NCBI GenBank assembly: GCA_964508175.1 | Contig: CAZDRU010000029.1 | Coordinates: 18,510-82,509, forward strand | Origin: an uncultured Dehalococcoidia bacterium | GTDB lineage: Bacteria; Chloroflexota; Dehalococcoidia; Lucifugimonadales; CAZDRU01 | Direction of reading: 5' to 3' | DNA: 64,000 bases | Shown: in pieces, positions 29,921-40,686 of the stretch | Numbering within the stretch: position 1 is the first letter of the stretch | Layout: each line of letters starts with the position of its first letter | Notes under the pieces: model-generated | What the model saw: only the letters and a program-made list of their open reading frames with translations | Told to the model about the DNA's origin: nothing | The model's database searches: none | Position numbers and translations under genes: made by a program

Positions 29921-30949
29921 TTATTTAATTAACATAGCATCACCAAAGCTATAAAATCTATATTTCAATTTTATAGCTTCTTTATATGCAGTAAATAGAT
30001 ATTCACGACTAATAAAGGCAGAAACTAGCATCAAAAGGGTACTTTTAGGTAAATGAAAATTTGTAATAAGCCCATCAATAACTTGAAATTGGAAACCCGG
30101 AACAATAAATAAGTCAGTTGAGCCTGTTATAGGTTTTAATTCTTTCGAACCCTGTTTATTAGAAACTATCATTGCATATTCAAGAAGCCTAGTAACAGTC
30201 GTTCCTACTGCAAAAATTCTTGAACCTCTTTTTTTACTATAGTTTATTTTCTCAGCAGTTATTTTATCCAATACAAAATATTCTTCATGCATTTTATGGT
30301 TAAGTACATTTTCAACTCTTACAGGCAAGAATGTTCCAATGCCAATATGTAACGTAACAAAAAGAATTTCGACTCCAATATTCTCCAATTTTGAAAGTAA
30401 ACTTTTCGTAAAATGTAATCCAGCAGTTGGTGCTGCAATACTTCCAGGTAAAGATGCATAAACTGTTTGATATTTAGTTTGATCTGTTAAATTTTGGTCA
30501 ACATATGGAGGCAATGGTATATTTCCATATTTATTAATGAATTCCTCATCATCGAATTTAACAATAAACTCTCCATTTCCTTCATTACTAACAATTGATA
30601 AAGTAGCTGTACTATCAACAATTGTAAGTTTCATTCCAGGTTCAATTCTTCTAGCAGGTTTTCCGATTGCTTTCCACTTATATTGAGTTAATTGCTTAGT
30701 AACTAATATCTCAAATTTTCTATTTCCAACAAAATCAACACAAAACAATCGAGCTGGTATTACCATAGAATTATTGAGAACCAATGTGTCGCCTGGACGA
30801 AGAATTTTCAGGAGAAAATCAAACTGTTTATGAATAAACCCTCCATTATCTTTATCCATGATTAATAATCGTGACTGTCCTCTTTTTTTTAATGGAGTTT
30901 TTGCTATAAGATTTTTGGGAAGATTGTAATCAAAATCCTTTAATTCCAT
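29921..30949 (-). CDS. queA: S-adenosylmethionine:tRNA ribosyltransferase-isomerase
   Basis: N-terminal DFDYNLPKNLIAKTPLKKRGQSRLL, PLPPYV, TAGLHFT, AVGTTVTR, C-terminal YRFYSFGDAMLI. Confidence 0.95.
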   Translation of the reverse strand: MELKDFDYNLPKNLIAKTPLKKRGQSRLLIMDKDNGGFIHKQFDFLLKILRPGDTLVLNNSMVIPARLFCVDFVGNRKFEILVTKQLTQYKWKAIGKPARRIEPGMKLTIVDSTATLSIVSNEGNGEFIVKFDDEEFINKYGNIPLPPYVDQNLTDQTKYQTVYASLPGSIAAPTAGLHFTKSLLSKLENIGVEILFVTLHIGIGTFLPVRVENVLNHKMHEEYFVLDKITAEKINYSKKRGSRIFAVGTTVTRLLEYAMIVSNKQGSKELKPITGSTDLFIVPGFQFQVIDGLITNFHLPKSTLLMLVSAFISREYLFTAYKEAIKLKYRFYSFGDAMLIK

Positions 30950-31003
30950 AATAATTCAATATTAATTCAAAAAAATGTACTGTAATAAAATTACTTAATT
31001 TAT

Positions 31004-32053
31004 TTACTGTTTAAGCACATCTGTTAATTTTAATTCTTTAACAAGTGTCCAAATATTATTCCAAGTACTATCTTCAATCTCTATTCCTTGTTTTCGTTTT
31101 AAATTAGATGTACGCCATTCTAATTCACCTGGATAAAATACTTCCTTAAACCCTTTTGCAGGTTTAGATGTTTTCATATATTGAGCAATGCCAGCAACTT
31201 CTTCTTTAAATTTGTCTATAGGTTGAAATGCACTAGGATTAAAAAGAGCTATAAAAACTCCATCATTATGTTTGCCAGGAGGATAATGACCAAATCCTAA
31301 ACCAGTAAGTAAACTTGTCATTACTTCAACCATAAATCCTAATCCATAACCTTTATGACCTTGTGGTCCACCAACTGGAAGAATTGCTCCTCCATCCATA
31401 TATCCTTGAGGATCAGTAGTCATATTTCCTTCCGCATCAATAATTAAATTTTCTTGAACTTGCTCGTTTCTTGCAGCAGCCACCACTAACTTATTTCCGG
31501 CTACAGCTGATGTTGCAAAATCAAAATAAACAGGTCCTTCCAAATTGCTGGGCAATGACATACATATTGGATTTGTGCCTATTCGAGGTTCTCTGCCTCC
31601 AAATGGAGCAACATGTTTGGTTGTTCTTCCTGAATCTGCCATAACTATAGCAATAAGATCTTGAGATGAAGCCATTAATCCATAATCAGTCAATCTACCG
31701 ACATGACTTTGATGAGCTATTGTAGCTGAGGCAACATGATTATTTTTTGCTTTTTTAATAAGCAATTCCATCGATTTTTCTGTAACAACAAAACCAAAAC
31801 CCCAGTTGCCATCTATAGAAAGGGTTGATTCAGTTTCATTCAAAATTTCAAAAGGTGCCCCTGGAACAATATCTCCATTTTTTATTCTATCAACATAAGT
31901 AGCAATTTGAATAACCCCATGAGAATCATGTCCTGCTAAATTTGCTGCAATTAGATGATTAGCAATAATCGTACATTCACTTTCAGGAGTACCTACTGCT
32001 TTAAATATCTCAAATGCAACTTTGTGTAAATAACTATGTGTTAACTTTGCCAT
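31004..32053 (-). CDS. Ldh2-family (malate/L-lactate/ureidoglycolate-type) 2-hydroxyacid dehydrogenase
   Basis: GHDSHGV motif, HQSHVGR, GGPQGHKGYGL, typical of the Ldh_2 family. Confidence 0.85.
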   Translation of the reverse strand: MAKLTHSYLHKVAFEIFKAVGTPESECTIIANHLIAANLAGHDSHGVIQIATYVDRIKNGDIVPGAPFEILNETESTLSIDGNWGFGFVVTEKSMELLIKKAKNNHVASATIAHQSHVGRLTDYGLMASSQDLIAIVMADSGRTTKHVAPFGGREPRIGTNPICMSLPSNLEGPVYFDFATSAVAGNKLVVAAARNEQVQENLIIDAEGNMTTDPQGYMDGGAILPVGGPQGHKGYGLGFMVEVMTSLLTGLGFGHYPPGKHNDGVFIALFNPSAFQPIDKFKEEVAGIAQYMKTSKPAKGFKEVFYPGELEWRTSNLKRKQGIEIEDSTWNNIWTLVKELKLTDVLKQ

Positions 32054-32129
32054 AAATTAACTCCTATTTTTTTGCTTTAGAATAATAAGTTTATAAAAAA
32101 CGTCTGCAATTTTCCATTATGATTAAAAA

Positions 32130-32798
32130 CTAAATTTGCAAAATTTTAGGCCAAGAATCCATATCCCAAGACATTTGCCAAAACATAAATTCATAACACA
32201 AACTAGTATAATAAATTTTTTCCAGGTTATTTTTATTAGATTTCAACATCATATTCTTAGCCAAATCTCTAATCCATTTTGCCAAATCAGAATATTCTGA
32301 TGAAATATACATATCTGTCCATGCAGCATATTTAGAATTATTTTGTAATTTATTTTCAGAATGTAATTGTCGGCCCAATTCATAATATCCCCATTGACAA
32401 GGAAATAAGGAAATTAAGATTTCGTCAAAGTTACCTTCATAGGCTATTCTCAATAAAAAATTTGTGTATGCCATAGTTATTGAAGCAGGACGTGTTTCCA
32501 ATATTTCTTCTCTAGAAATCCCAAATTTTGAACAAAAAGAAATATGTAAATCCATCTCATTATTAAGTGTTTCGTGAAGCAATGTTGAAACTTTCATCAT
32601 CAATGACATAGAAGATGCTTTAGCAACCATTAATCCTAACAAACGACTATATTCAATTAAAAAAAGATAGTCTTGTTTAAGATAAAAAATGAATTTTTCT
32701 TCAGCCAAATCACCATTAGAAATTCCACGAATAAATGGATGTGTAAGAATGGCTTTATTAATAGTACTATATTTTAATTCAAGATCTTCAAGCAACAT
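32130..32798 (-). CDS. tenA: TenA-family aminopyrimidine aminohydrolase (thiaminase II)
   Basis: HPFIRGISNGDL..EKFIFYLKQDYLFL and the all-helical TenA/PqqC-like pattern, with the conserved Cys in FPCQWGY. Confidence 0.85.
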   Translation of the reverse strand: MLLEDLELKYSTINKAILTHPFIRGISNGDLAEEKFIFYLKQDYLFLIEYSRLLGLMVAKASSMSLMMKVSTLLHETLNNEMDLHISFCSKFGISREEILETRPASITMAYTNFLLRIAYEGNFDEILISLFPCQWGYYELGRQLHSENKLQNNSKYAAWTDMYISSEYSDLAKWIRDLAKNMMLKSNKNNLEKIYYTSLCYEFMFWQMSWDMDSWPKILQI

Positions 32799-32914
32799 TT
32801 ATAATTTCTCCTGAGTTACATATAATTAAAAACCTTTAATATAATACCATTGAAACTTAATATAAACTCCGATACCATTTTAAATAAAATTATTCTCATA
32901 AATTTATAGGTAAT

Positions 32915-34363
32915 ATGTCTTCAATAAATAATAAGGTAATTCACGAGTTAGAATCCATTGTCGGAAAATCACGTTGTATGTCAATGAGAGAAGATTTATT
33001 TTGTTACGAATATGATGGTTCTATAGATAAATCTCTGCCACTTGCAGTAGTTTTACCTAAAAACAAAGAAGAAGTCGCGAACATTCTAAAATGTCTCTAT
33101 AAATTTAATATTAAGGTAGTAGGAAGAGGTTCAGGAACTGGACTTAGTGGTGGAGCTATAGCCCCAGAAAACAGTGTGCAAATTGTTTTTTCATTAATGG
33201 ATAAAATAATTGATATAGACTCAGTCAACCGTATCGCAGAAGTAGAACCTGGCGTTATTAATTCAAATCTTAATATTGAAGCACAAAAATTTGGACTTCG
33301 ATATGCTCCAGATCCATCAAGTCAACAAGCTTGCAGTATAGGAGGAAATATAGCAGAAAATGCAGGAGGACCACATTGTCTATTATACGGGGTAACTTCT
33401 AATCACGTACTCGGAATAGAAGTAGTCTTAGAACAAGGTCAAACTGTTCTTCTTGGAGGAAAACTGAAAGAATCTCTTGGATATGATTTAAGAGGAGTAT
33501 TTATTGGTTCAGAAGGAACTTTTGGATTGGTTACAAAAGTTTTCCTTCAATTAATCGAATATCCTGAATCGACACATACATTACTGGGTAGTTTCCCTTC
33601 CATTGAAAGTGCAGGTAATGCAGTTTCTGCAATTATAGGAAAAGGAATTGTACCAGCAGCTTTAGAAATGATTGATTCATTAACTATAAAATCAGTAGAA
33701 AAAGTACTTAAAGTAGGTTTGCCTAAAAATGCTGGAGCCGTTCTTCTTGTTGAAGTTGAAGGACTACAAGAAGATACTCAAATCTTACGTAAAGAAATTG
33801 AACAACTTTTATGGGAATCAGGCTCAACGGAAGTACTGTCTGCAAAAGATGAAAAAGAAAGAATAAAACTTTGGTCTGGCAGGAAAAAAGCAATTGGTTC
33901 TTTAGGAACGATCGCTCCTAATTATTTTATCGTTGATGGAGTTGTACCAAGAACGAAAATTGCCTTTTTAGTACAAGAAGTAGAAAAGATAAGCAAATTA
34001 TTCAATTTGCCGATAGCAAATATTCTGCATGCAGGTGATGGAAATATTCATCCATGTATTCTTTTTGATGAAAAAACTCCTGGAATTCTTGAGAAAGTAC
34101 TGCAAGCTGGATCCGAAATATTAAAAATTTGTGTTAATGCAGGCGGAAGTTTAAGTGGAGAACACGGAATAGGTTTAGAAAAAAAAGAACAAATGCCTCT
34201 TCTTTTTTCCGAAAAGGATCTAAATGCAATGAAAAACCTTAGAGACGTTTTTTCTCCTTCAAATCTTTTTAATCCAGATAAAATATTCCCCAATTCAGTT
34301 AAAGGAACTCCATTCTTACAAAATAATGCAGTTAAAAATGCTGGAAAAGATTCGTATATTTAA
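32915..34363 (+). CDS. glcD: glycolate oxidase subunit GlcD (FAD-linked oxidase)
   Basis: FAD_binding_4 motif VVGRGSGTGLSGGA, C-terminal GSLSGEHGIGLEKK. Followed by glcE/glcF-like genes. Confidence 0.9.
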   Translation: MSSINNKVIHELESIVGKSRCMSMREDLFCYEYDGSIDKSLPLAVVLPKNKEEVANILKCLYKFNIKVVGRGSGTGLSGGAIAPENSVQIVFSLMDKIIDIDSVNRIAEVEPGVINSNLNIEAQKFGLRYAPDPSSQQACSIGGNIAENAGGPHCLLYGVTSNHVLGIEVVLEQGQTVLLGGKLKESLGYDLRGVFIGSEGTFGLVTKVFLQLIEYPESTHTLLGSFPSIESAGNAVSAIIGKGIVPAALEMIDSLTIKSVEKVLKVGLPKNAGAVLLVEVEGLQEDTQILRKEIEQLLWESGSTEVLSAKDEKERIKLWSGRKKAIGSLGTIAPNYFIVDGVVPRTKIAFLVQEVEKISKLFNLPIANILHAGDGNIHPCILFDEKTPGILEKVLQAGSEILKICVNAGGSLSGEHGIGLEKKEQMPLLFSEKDLNAMKNLRDVFSPSNLFNPDKIFPNSVKGTPFLQNNAVKNAGKDSYI

Positions 34364-35718
34364 TGATTAACCTAAATAAAAATACTACTATTAATAAAAT
34401 TATTGCAGAATTAGAAACTCATCTTCCTTATAACCAGATAGTTAATAATCACGAAAAAGAACAAATTACTATTGATGGCATAGTTCCATCAATAGTAATC
34501 TATCCTACTAATCATTCCCAAATAAAACTGATATTCACAATTGCAAAAAAGAATAATCTGGGAATCATTCCATTCGGAGGACAAACTAAAATAAATCTAG
34601 GTAATATACCTAAAAAATTTGATATTGCGCTATCAACAAAAAACTTAAACTCAATAATTAATCATCAACAATTTGATCTTACAACAACGGTAGAAGCAGG
34701 TATTACCTTATTAAAACTACAAAAATTTCTTGCAAAATTTGGACAATATCTTCCTATCAATTCTCCTAATCCTGAAAAAGCTACAATTGGAGGAATACTT
34801 TCAACATATCCTTTGGGCCTTAATACTTCTAACATCGGATTACCCAGAGATTGGTTACTTGGTATCAAAGTAGCTTTAACTTCAGGTGAAATTATCAAAG
34901 GTGGAGGACAAGTAGTAAAGAATGTAACTGGATATGATATGCCAAAACTTTTCTCAGGAGCATTAGGAACTCTAGGAATTATTTTAGAAGCAACTTTTAA
35001 ATTAACACCAATTAAAACAAATCCAGAATACTTACTATATTCTTATGACTCAATTGAAAAAACATTAGAAATAATAGAACAATTTAAAAATTTGGATTTT
35101 GCTCCAGACACAGTAAGTGTATTTAATTCTTGTTTATTAAATTCATCAACAAAAAACTCTAGTACTCAAAAAAGTAACTATTCGATTTTTTGTAAAATAG
35201 CTGGATTAAAAAATACTAACAAAAGAAAAATAGAACAATTAAAAAACATTTTAAACCAACACGGAAATTTGATAAATTTAGAGAACACCGAATTATCATT
35301 CATCGAACAAAATCTAATCAACTACACATGGAATACTAAACAAGAATTAATAATTCTAAAAATTAATTTCCCAATAACAAATTTAAAAAAATTAATAAAC
35401 TATTCTTTAATTTTTGAAAAAAATAATATCAATAACCAAATGATTTTAGATCCATTATCTGGAATAATGTATCTATCACTCGAATTCAAACAAAACAAAA
35501 CAAATAAAAATCTCTTGTATCAACTATTAAATGAGTTTAGAAAAGGCATTCTGAACATAGGAGGCTTCTCTGTCATTCAATCATGTGACATCGCAATAAA
35601 AAGAAAATTCGATGTTTGGGAAAGGTCTCAAAATAATTCTTTTCTGATGGAAGCAATAAAAAGGAAATTTGATCCTAATGGAATTTTAAATAAAGGTCGA
35701 TTTATTGATAAACTTTAA
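34363..35718 (+). CDS. glcE: glycolate oxidase FAD-binding subunit GlcE (divergent, Asn/Lys-rich C-terminal half)
   Basis: PCMH FAD-binding pattern IIPFGGQTK..., ATIGGILS, KNVTGYDMPKLFSGALGTLGII. 1-nt overlap with the glcD stop (TAATG). Confidence 0.75.
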   Translation: MINLNKNTTINKIIAELETHLPYNQIVNNHEKEQITIDGIVPSIVIYPTNHSQIKLIFTIAKKNNLGIIPFGGQTKINLGNIPKKFDIALSTKNLNSIINHQQFDLTTTVEAGITLLKLQKFLAKFGQYLPINSPNPEKATIGGILSTYPLGLNTSNIGLPRDWLLGIKVALTSGEIIKGGGQVVKNVTGYDMPKLFSGALGTLGIILEATFKLTPIKTNPEYLLYSYDSIEKTLEIIEQFKNLDFAPDTVSVFNSCLLNSSTKNSSTQKSNYSIFCKIAGLKNTNKRKIEQLKNILNQHGNLINLENTELSFIEQNLINYTWNTKQELIILKINFPITNLKKLINYSLIFEKNNINNQMILDPLSGIMYLSLEFKQNKTNKNLLYQLLNEFRKGILNIGGFSVIQSCDIAIKRKFDVWERSQNNSFLMEAIKRKFDPNGILNKGRFIDKL

Positions 35719-37045
35719 TAAAATATTCGAAAACTCTAAAGAAAATAATCCGAATCTAAAATTGAACGCAAATTATCCTGAATTCAAAGAAGATATTTAT
35801 AAATGTGTCAAATGTGGATTTTGCTTAACTGCATGTCCAACTTATTTAGATACTGGACTGGAAACTGAATCTCCCAGAGGACGAATTGCACTTATGAGAG
35901 CTGTTACTGAAGAAAGGCTTCCATTAACAAATAGAATTATTGATCATTGGGCTCTTTGTCTACAATGTCGTGCTTGTGAAGCAGTTTGTCCTTCAGGTGT
36001 TCCATTCGGACATATGATGGAATCAACAAGAAATGCTGTTAATATCTCAGGCAAACAAGGATTAACTACAAAATTAGTAGGGTTAATTTTTCTCAGATTT
36101 CTCTTAAAAAATCTAGGAATATTAAGATTTCTTTTTAAAATACTATATATAACTCAAATTTTAAAATTACATAAATTATTTCAATGGAAAATAGTTAGTT
36201 CATTGTTACCAAAACAATTATCAAACACTTTAGGGAATCCTCCAATAATTAATCGTCGTTTCTTTACTACTACTTCTAAAACAATTAAACCAAATACTCC
36301 TTATCCAAAGAAAAAAGTGGTATTACTAGCAGGATGTATCATGCCACTTACTCACAGTGAAACTTTACATGCTTGTGTAGAAGTATTAAAAATAAATGGC
36401 TGTGAAGTTATGATCCCAGAACAACAAGGTTGTTGTGGAGCCCTAAATATACATAATGGAGAATTAAAATCAGGTAAAGAAATGGCCAAAAAAAATATCG
36501 AATCATTTCTTGAATCAAAACCTGATGCAATTATTTCTGCTTCAGCAGGTTGTGGATCAACTATGAAAGAATATCACCAATTATTAAAAGAGGATCCTAA
36601 ATTACTTGATCAAGCAACATTATTTTCAAAGCTAACAAAAGACATTACTGAGTTTTTAATAGAACTACCTCTTATTAAACCAAAAGGAAAATTAAACAAG
36701 AAAGTAATATTCCAAAATCCTTGCCACCTATTACACGCTCAAAACATCTATGAAGAACCTAAAAAAATTTTAGATCTTATACCTGGACTCGATATTATTG
36801 AATCAATCGATGAGAATTGCTGTGGAGCTGCAGGAATTTACTCGATTTTACAACAATCCACCTCTCAACGCATACTAGAAAAAAAACTCGCTAATTTGTT
36901 AAAAGAATCTCCTGATTTAATTTTGACTGCTAATCCAGGATGTATGATTCAAATAGAACAAGGATTAAAATCAAAAGCATCAAATACTCAAATACTACAT
37001 ATCATTGAACTACTTTATCAATCGTATATTACAGAAATTAGTTAA
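35705..37045 (+). CDS. glcF: glycolate oxidase iron-sulfur subunit GlcF
   Basis: Two ferredoxin motifs, CVKCGFCLTACP and CLQCRACEAVCP, plus two cysteine-rich CCG domains (CCGA..., NPGC). TTG start overlaps the glcE end by 14 nt. Confidence 0.85.
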   Translation: MINFNKIFENSKENNPNLKLNANYPEFKEDIYKCVKCGFCLTACPTYLDTGLETESPRGRIALMRAVTEERLPLTNRIIDHWALCLQCRACEAVCPSGVPFGHMMESTRNAVNISGKQGLTTKLVGLIFLRFLLKNLGILRFLFKILYITQILKLHKLFQWKIVSSLLPKQLSNTLGNPPIINRRFFTTTSKTIKPNTPYPKKKVVLLAGCIMPLTHSETLHACVEVLKINGCEVMIPEQQGCCGALNIHNGELKSGKEMAKKNIESFLESKPDAIISASAGCGSTMKEYHQLLKEDPKLLDQATLFSKLTKDITEFLIELPLIKPKGKLNKKVIFQNPCHLLHAQNIYEEPKKILDLIPGLDIIESIDENCCGAAGIYSILQQSTSQRILEKKLANLLKESPDLILTANPGCMIQIEQGLKSKASNTQILHIIELLYQSYITEIS

Positions 37046-37054
37046 AGAAACTGA

Positions 37055-37855
37055 TTATACCGTTTTCTGTCCACCTGTAACCATTATAACTTCACTTGTT
37101 ATATATGCTGCATCCGAACTCGCCAAAAAAGCTACTATAGAAGCAACATCTTCTGGTTCTGCCATTCTCTCAAGAGGAACTTTAGCTTTTGCTGCATTTT
37201 GCATAAGTTCTCCTTTTTTCAATCCCAACTTATCCTGTCCAACAGCTTTATCAAGCACATCATGAAAATCAGTATTTACAATACCAGGAGCAACTGCGTT
37301 AACTCGAATACCATACTTAGCTAAATATGCAGCCGCCACAACTGTGAAATTAACTAATCCTGCCTTAGCTGCAGCATAAGGAGGAGAAGATGTTAATCCT
37401 CCAATTGCTGCTATTGAAGCTAGATTAATTATACTTCCTGATTTTTGAGCTATCATAATCTTTGCTGCTTCTTGCATCAGAAAAAAAGCTCCTTTAAGAT
37501 TAAGGTCCATAGTCCAATCCCACATTTCCTCAGTAACTTCTGGGAATGTCGAAGGCTTTGACGCTCCAGCATTATTAATAAATACATCTAATCTGCCAAA
37601 TTTTTTAACTACCGCAGATATAAATTCAGAAGCAGTTGAAATATTAGAAACATCAAGAATGGTTCCTGCAGCAGTTATGCCTAATTTATTGAGTTTGTTC
37701 AACGCTGTGGATAAACCATCTTCATCAATATCTCCAATGAAAACTTTCGCGCCTTCTTTTCCCACTCTTATTGCAGTTGCAAAACCATTACCTTTTGCTC
37801 CTCCTGTTATAGCTACAATTTTATCTTTAAGACGCTCATTTATCGGATTTTCCAT
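37055..37855 (-). CDS. short-chain dehydrogenase/reductase (SDR)
   Basis: TGGAKGNGFA (TGxxxGxG), NNAG, catalytic YAAAKAG (YxxxK). Confidence 0.9.
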   Translation of the reverse strand: MENPINERLKDKIVAITGGAKGNGFATAIRVGKEGAKVFIGDIDEDGLSTALNKLNKLGITAAGTILDVSNISTASEFISAVVKKFGRLDVFINNAGASKPSTFPEVTEEMWDWTMDLNLKGAFFLMQEAAKIMIAQKSGSIINLASIAAIGGLTSSPPYAAAKAGLVNFTVVAAAYLAKYGIRVNAVAPGIVNTDFHDVLDKAVGQDKLGLKKGELMQNAAKAKVPLERMAEPEDVASIVAFLASSDAAYITSEVIMVTGGQKTV

Positions 37856-37881
37856 TTCAAAACCTCATTAATGCGTTAATT

Positions 37882-39066
37882 TCAAAAATTACTCAAAGCT
37901 TCTTCAGCATATTTAGCAGCATTGACTTTATTTTTCAAATTACCGTTTGTAATTAACAATGTTTCTAATGCATTAAGAAGTTTAACAATATTCTCATTCC
38001 TTGAAGAATATCCCATCAAACCAATTCTCCAAATTTTACCTTTTACATCTCCTAAGCCACCGCTAATTTCTATATTAAATTGGTCATACAATTGGTTTCT
38101 GAATTCCATGTCATCAACATTATCTGGAATAATAACAGAAATTAATGTATTTAATTCATATTCCTGACTTGCAAATGATTTTATACCAAGAACATCTAAT
38201 CCTTTCCTCAATGCAAAAGCATTCTTTTTATGGCGCAACCATCTATTTTCGATGCCTTCTTCTTTAACTAATTCTAAAGCACGTAACAAACTAAAAAGAT
38301 TGTTCACTGGGGACGTATGATGATACATTCGTTCTGCATCCCAGTACTTATGGACTGTTAAAAGATCTAAATAAAATGTAGAAATTGGAGTTTTTCTAGA
38401 ATGTAGTTTTTCTAAAGCCCTATCACGTAAATTCACAGGACCTAAACCAGGCGTAGCTCCTAAACATTTTTGTGTAGCTCCATAACAAAAATCAATATCC
38501 CAATCTGCCGTTAAAAGTTTTTCTCCTCCTAATGACGTAACAGCATCCACTATGATTGGTATATTTTTTTGATGAACAACTTCGCATATATCTTGAATCG
38601 GAGAAAGTACTCCTGTCGAAGTTTCAGCATGAACTACTGCGACTACTTTTGTGTCTGGATTATTTTTCAATCCTAATTCTATATGTTCAGGTAATATAGG
38701 TAATCCCCATTCTTGATTTACAGTTTCTACATTAGCACTATATCTTTTAGCAATCTCGGCTAATCTGGCACCAAAAAATCCATTTACACCAATTAATATT
38801 TTCTCCCCTGGTTCGACTAAATTCGCTATCGCTGCTTCCATTGCAGCAGTACCTGTTCCAGGAATTGGCAATGCCAATGAATCGTCTGATTGAAATACAT
38901 AACGAAGTAATTTTTTTATAGCATCATTAATAGGGAAAAGTGCTGGGTCTAAATGTCCAATCGTAGGTCGAGAAAGTTCAGTTAATACTGATGGATGAGC
39001 TGCACTTGGACCAGCTCCCAAAAGAATCCTTTGAGGAATATCTATTTCATCGTACAAAGAAGACAT
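37882..39066 (-). CDS. class V aminotransferase, alanine/serine-glyoxylate aminotransferase type
   Basis: LLGAGPS..HPSVL, GTGTAAMEAA, PLP-lysine context YGATQKCLG. AGXT-like length. Confidence 0.85.
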   Translation of the reverse strand: MSSLYDEIDIPQRILLGAGPSAAHPSVLTELSRPTIGHLDPALFPINDAIKKLLRYVFQSDDSLALPIPGTGTAAMEAAIANLVEPGEKILIGVNGFFGARLAEIAKRYSANVETVNQEWGLPILPEHIELGLKNNPDTKVVAVVHAETSTGVLSPIQDICEVVHQKNIPIIVDAVTSLGGEKLLTADWDIDFCYGATQKCLGATPGLGPVNLRDRALEKLHSRKTPISTFYLDLLTVHKYWDAERMYHHTSPVNNLFSLLRALELVKEEGIENRWLRHKKNAFALRKGLDVLGIKSFASQEYELNTLISVIIPDNVDDMEFRNQLYDQFNIEISGGLGDVKGKIWRIGLMGYSSRNENIVKLLNALETLLITNGNLKNKVNAAKYAEEALSNF

Positions 39067-39102
39067 TATTTTATTATATTAACAATATTAATTAAATCAA
39101 AG

Positions 39103-40671
39103 TTAAAAATCACTTTTTATAGGTAATTTCTGAAAATCTCGTAATATTTTCAAAGCCATAGGAATGGCTAAAATAAGTTCCGAGGCTAAAGCACCCCCAC
39201 TGCCAAATTTATCTTTAAGTATTTCTGCTGCTTTAGAATGAACTAAAACTCCACTGATAGCAGCTAATTCGGGTTTTAATTCTTGTGCTATAAATCCTCC
39301 TATTATTCCTGCTAATACATCACCTGTTCCAGCGGTAGCTAATATCGAAGATGCAAATGGATTTATATAACATTTACCACTTGGAAAAGCTATTACAGTC
39401 ATTGCACCTTTCAAAATCAATATAACATTCCATTTTCTTGCATATTTAATTGAAATTGCTATACGGTTACTTTGGATTTCTTTTTTAGATAGATTTGTAA
39501 TAGCTGACATTTCTCCAGGGTGTGGAGTTAATATGCTTCCTTTGGGAATTATTTCCCACCAACGTGATATATTCTTTAAATTATTCAATGCATCTGCATC
39601 AATTATAGTTGGGAGATTAAATAATTTAATTGTTTTCATTAAATCAGGTATCTGTTTTTTGACTATTTCATCTTGTCCAAGACCACAACCAATAACCACG
39701 GAAGAAACTTTATCCAAATAAGGAGAAATTGTTTCATGCCAACCTTGTTTTTTTGAGGTTAAAGATAAAGGAACATGAATTATTTCTTTTGATTGAGCAG
39801 CAATCGCAGTTTGAATATTTTCAGGGTAAGCAATACTAACTAAACCAGCTCCAATTCTAAAAGCAGCGTTAGCTGCTAATACTGGTGCTCCTATATAATT
39901 CCTTGATCCTCCAACTACAAGAACACTTCCAAAAGTACCTTTATGAGAAATATTGCTTCTTATAGGAAAAGAAGTTTCTGTTGTTGTAAGAACATTCAAA
40001 GGACCTGTAGAAATTAATTCTTTAGGAATACCAATATCTGCAACCAATAATTGGCCAATAAATTGACTAGCGGGATATTCAAACAATCCAATTTTAGACA
40101 AACCAAGACAGATAGTAATATCCGCTTTTATACAACAACTACCAATTGTTCCATTATCAGGATTAATTCCAGAAGGAATATCAATTGAAATTATTTGCAA
40201 ATTAGAATTATTATCTCGAAAATTTACTATTAATTGAAAAATACTTTCCACACTTTCTGTAATAGGCCGAGAAACTCCAGTTCCTAAAAATGCATCTATT
40301 ACTACATTCATATTCCCAAGTAATAATTTTAATTTCTTCAAATTTAAGTCATCTTTATAATTAATCAGTACTGGAGTATTAAGTTTTTTAAACATTTTCA
40401 TACTTAAATCAGAAAAAGTTTCACAACATTGATAATAAGTTACGTTAGCTCCTATCGTTTCCAAATAACGTCCTGCAACAAAACCATCTCCCCCGTTATT
40501 CCCCGGACCAATTAAAATAAGAACATTTAATTCTATGTTTTTCTTAATTTGAGCATGAATAATCTTTGCTATTGATTTCCCAGCATTTTCCATCAATTGA
40601 TCTTCGGTAATGCCATAATCAAGACAACTCTTTTCTATAAATTTCATTTCTTTTGTATCAACAACTTTCAT
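39103..40671 (-). CDS. nnr: bifunctional NAD(P)H-hydrate repair enzyme Nnr (epimerase + ADP-dependent dehydratase)
   Basis: YjeF_N motif GPGNNGGDG in the N-terminal half; carbohydrate-kinase motif GTGDVLAG in the C-terminal half. Confidence 0.9.
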   Translation of the reverse strand: MKVVDTKEMKFIEKSCLDYGITEDQLMENAGKSIAKIIHAQIKKNIELNVLILIGPGNNGGDGFVAGRYLETIGANVTYYQCCETFSDLSMKMFKKLNTPVLINYKDDLNLKKLKLLLGNMNVVIDAFLGTGVSRPITESVESIFQLIVNFRDNNSNLQIISIDIPSGINPDNGTIGSCCIKADITICLGLSKIGLFEYPASQFIGQLLVADIGIPKELISTGPLNVLTTTETSFPIRSNISHKGTFGSVLVVGGSRNYIGAPVLAANAAFRIGAGLVSIAYPENIQTAIAAQSKEIIHVPLSLTSKKQGWHETISPYLDKVSSVVIGCGLGQDEIVKKQIPDLMKTIKLFNLPTIIDADALNNLKNISRWWEIIPKGSILTPHPGEMSAITNLSKKEIQSNRIAISIKYARKWNVILILKGAMTVIAFPSGKCYINPFASSILATAGTGDVLAGIIGGFIAQELKPELAAISGVLVHSKAAEILKDKFGSGGALASELILAIPMALKILRDFQKLPIKSDF

Positions 40672-40686
40672 TTAATCATTCTGTGG

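Noticed and set aside
32799-32914. Possible TPP riboswitch in the tenA/glcD divergent spacer
   Set aside because: The spacer is only 116 bp, extremely AT-rich, and lacks the conserved CUGAGA / ACCUGAUCUGGAUAAUGCCAGCG-type elements.
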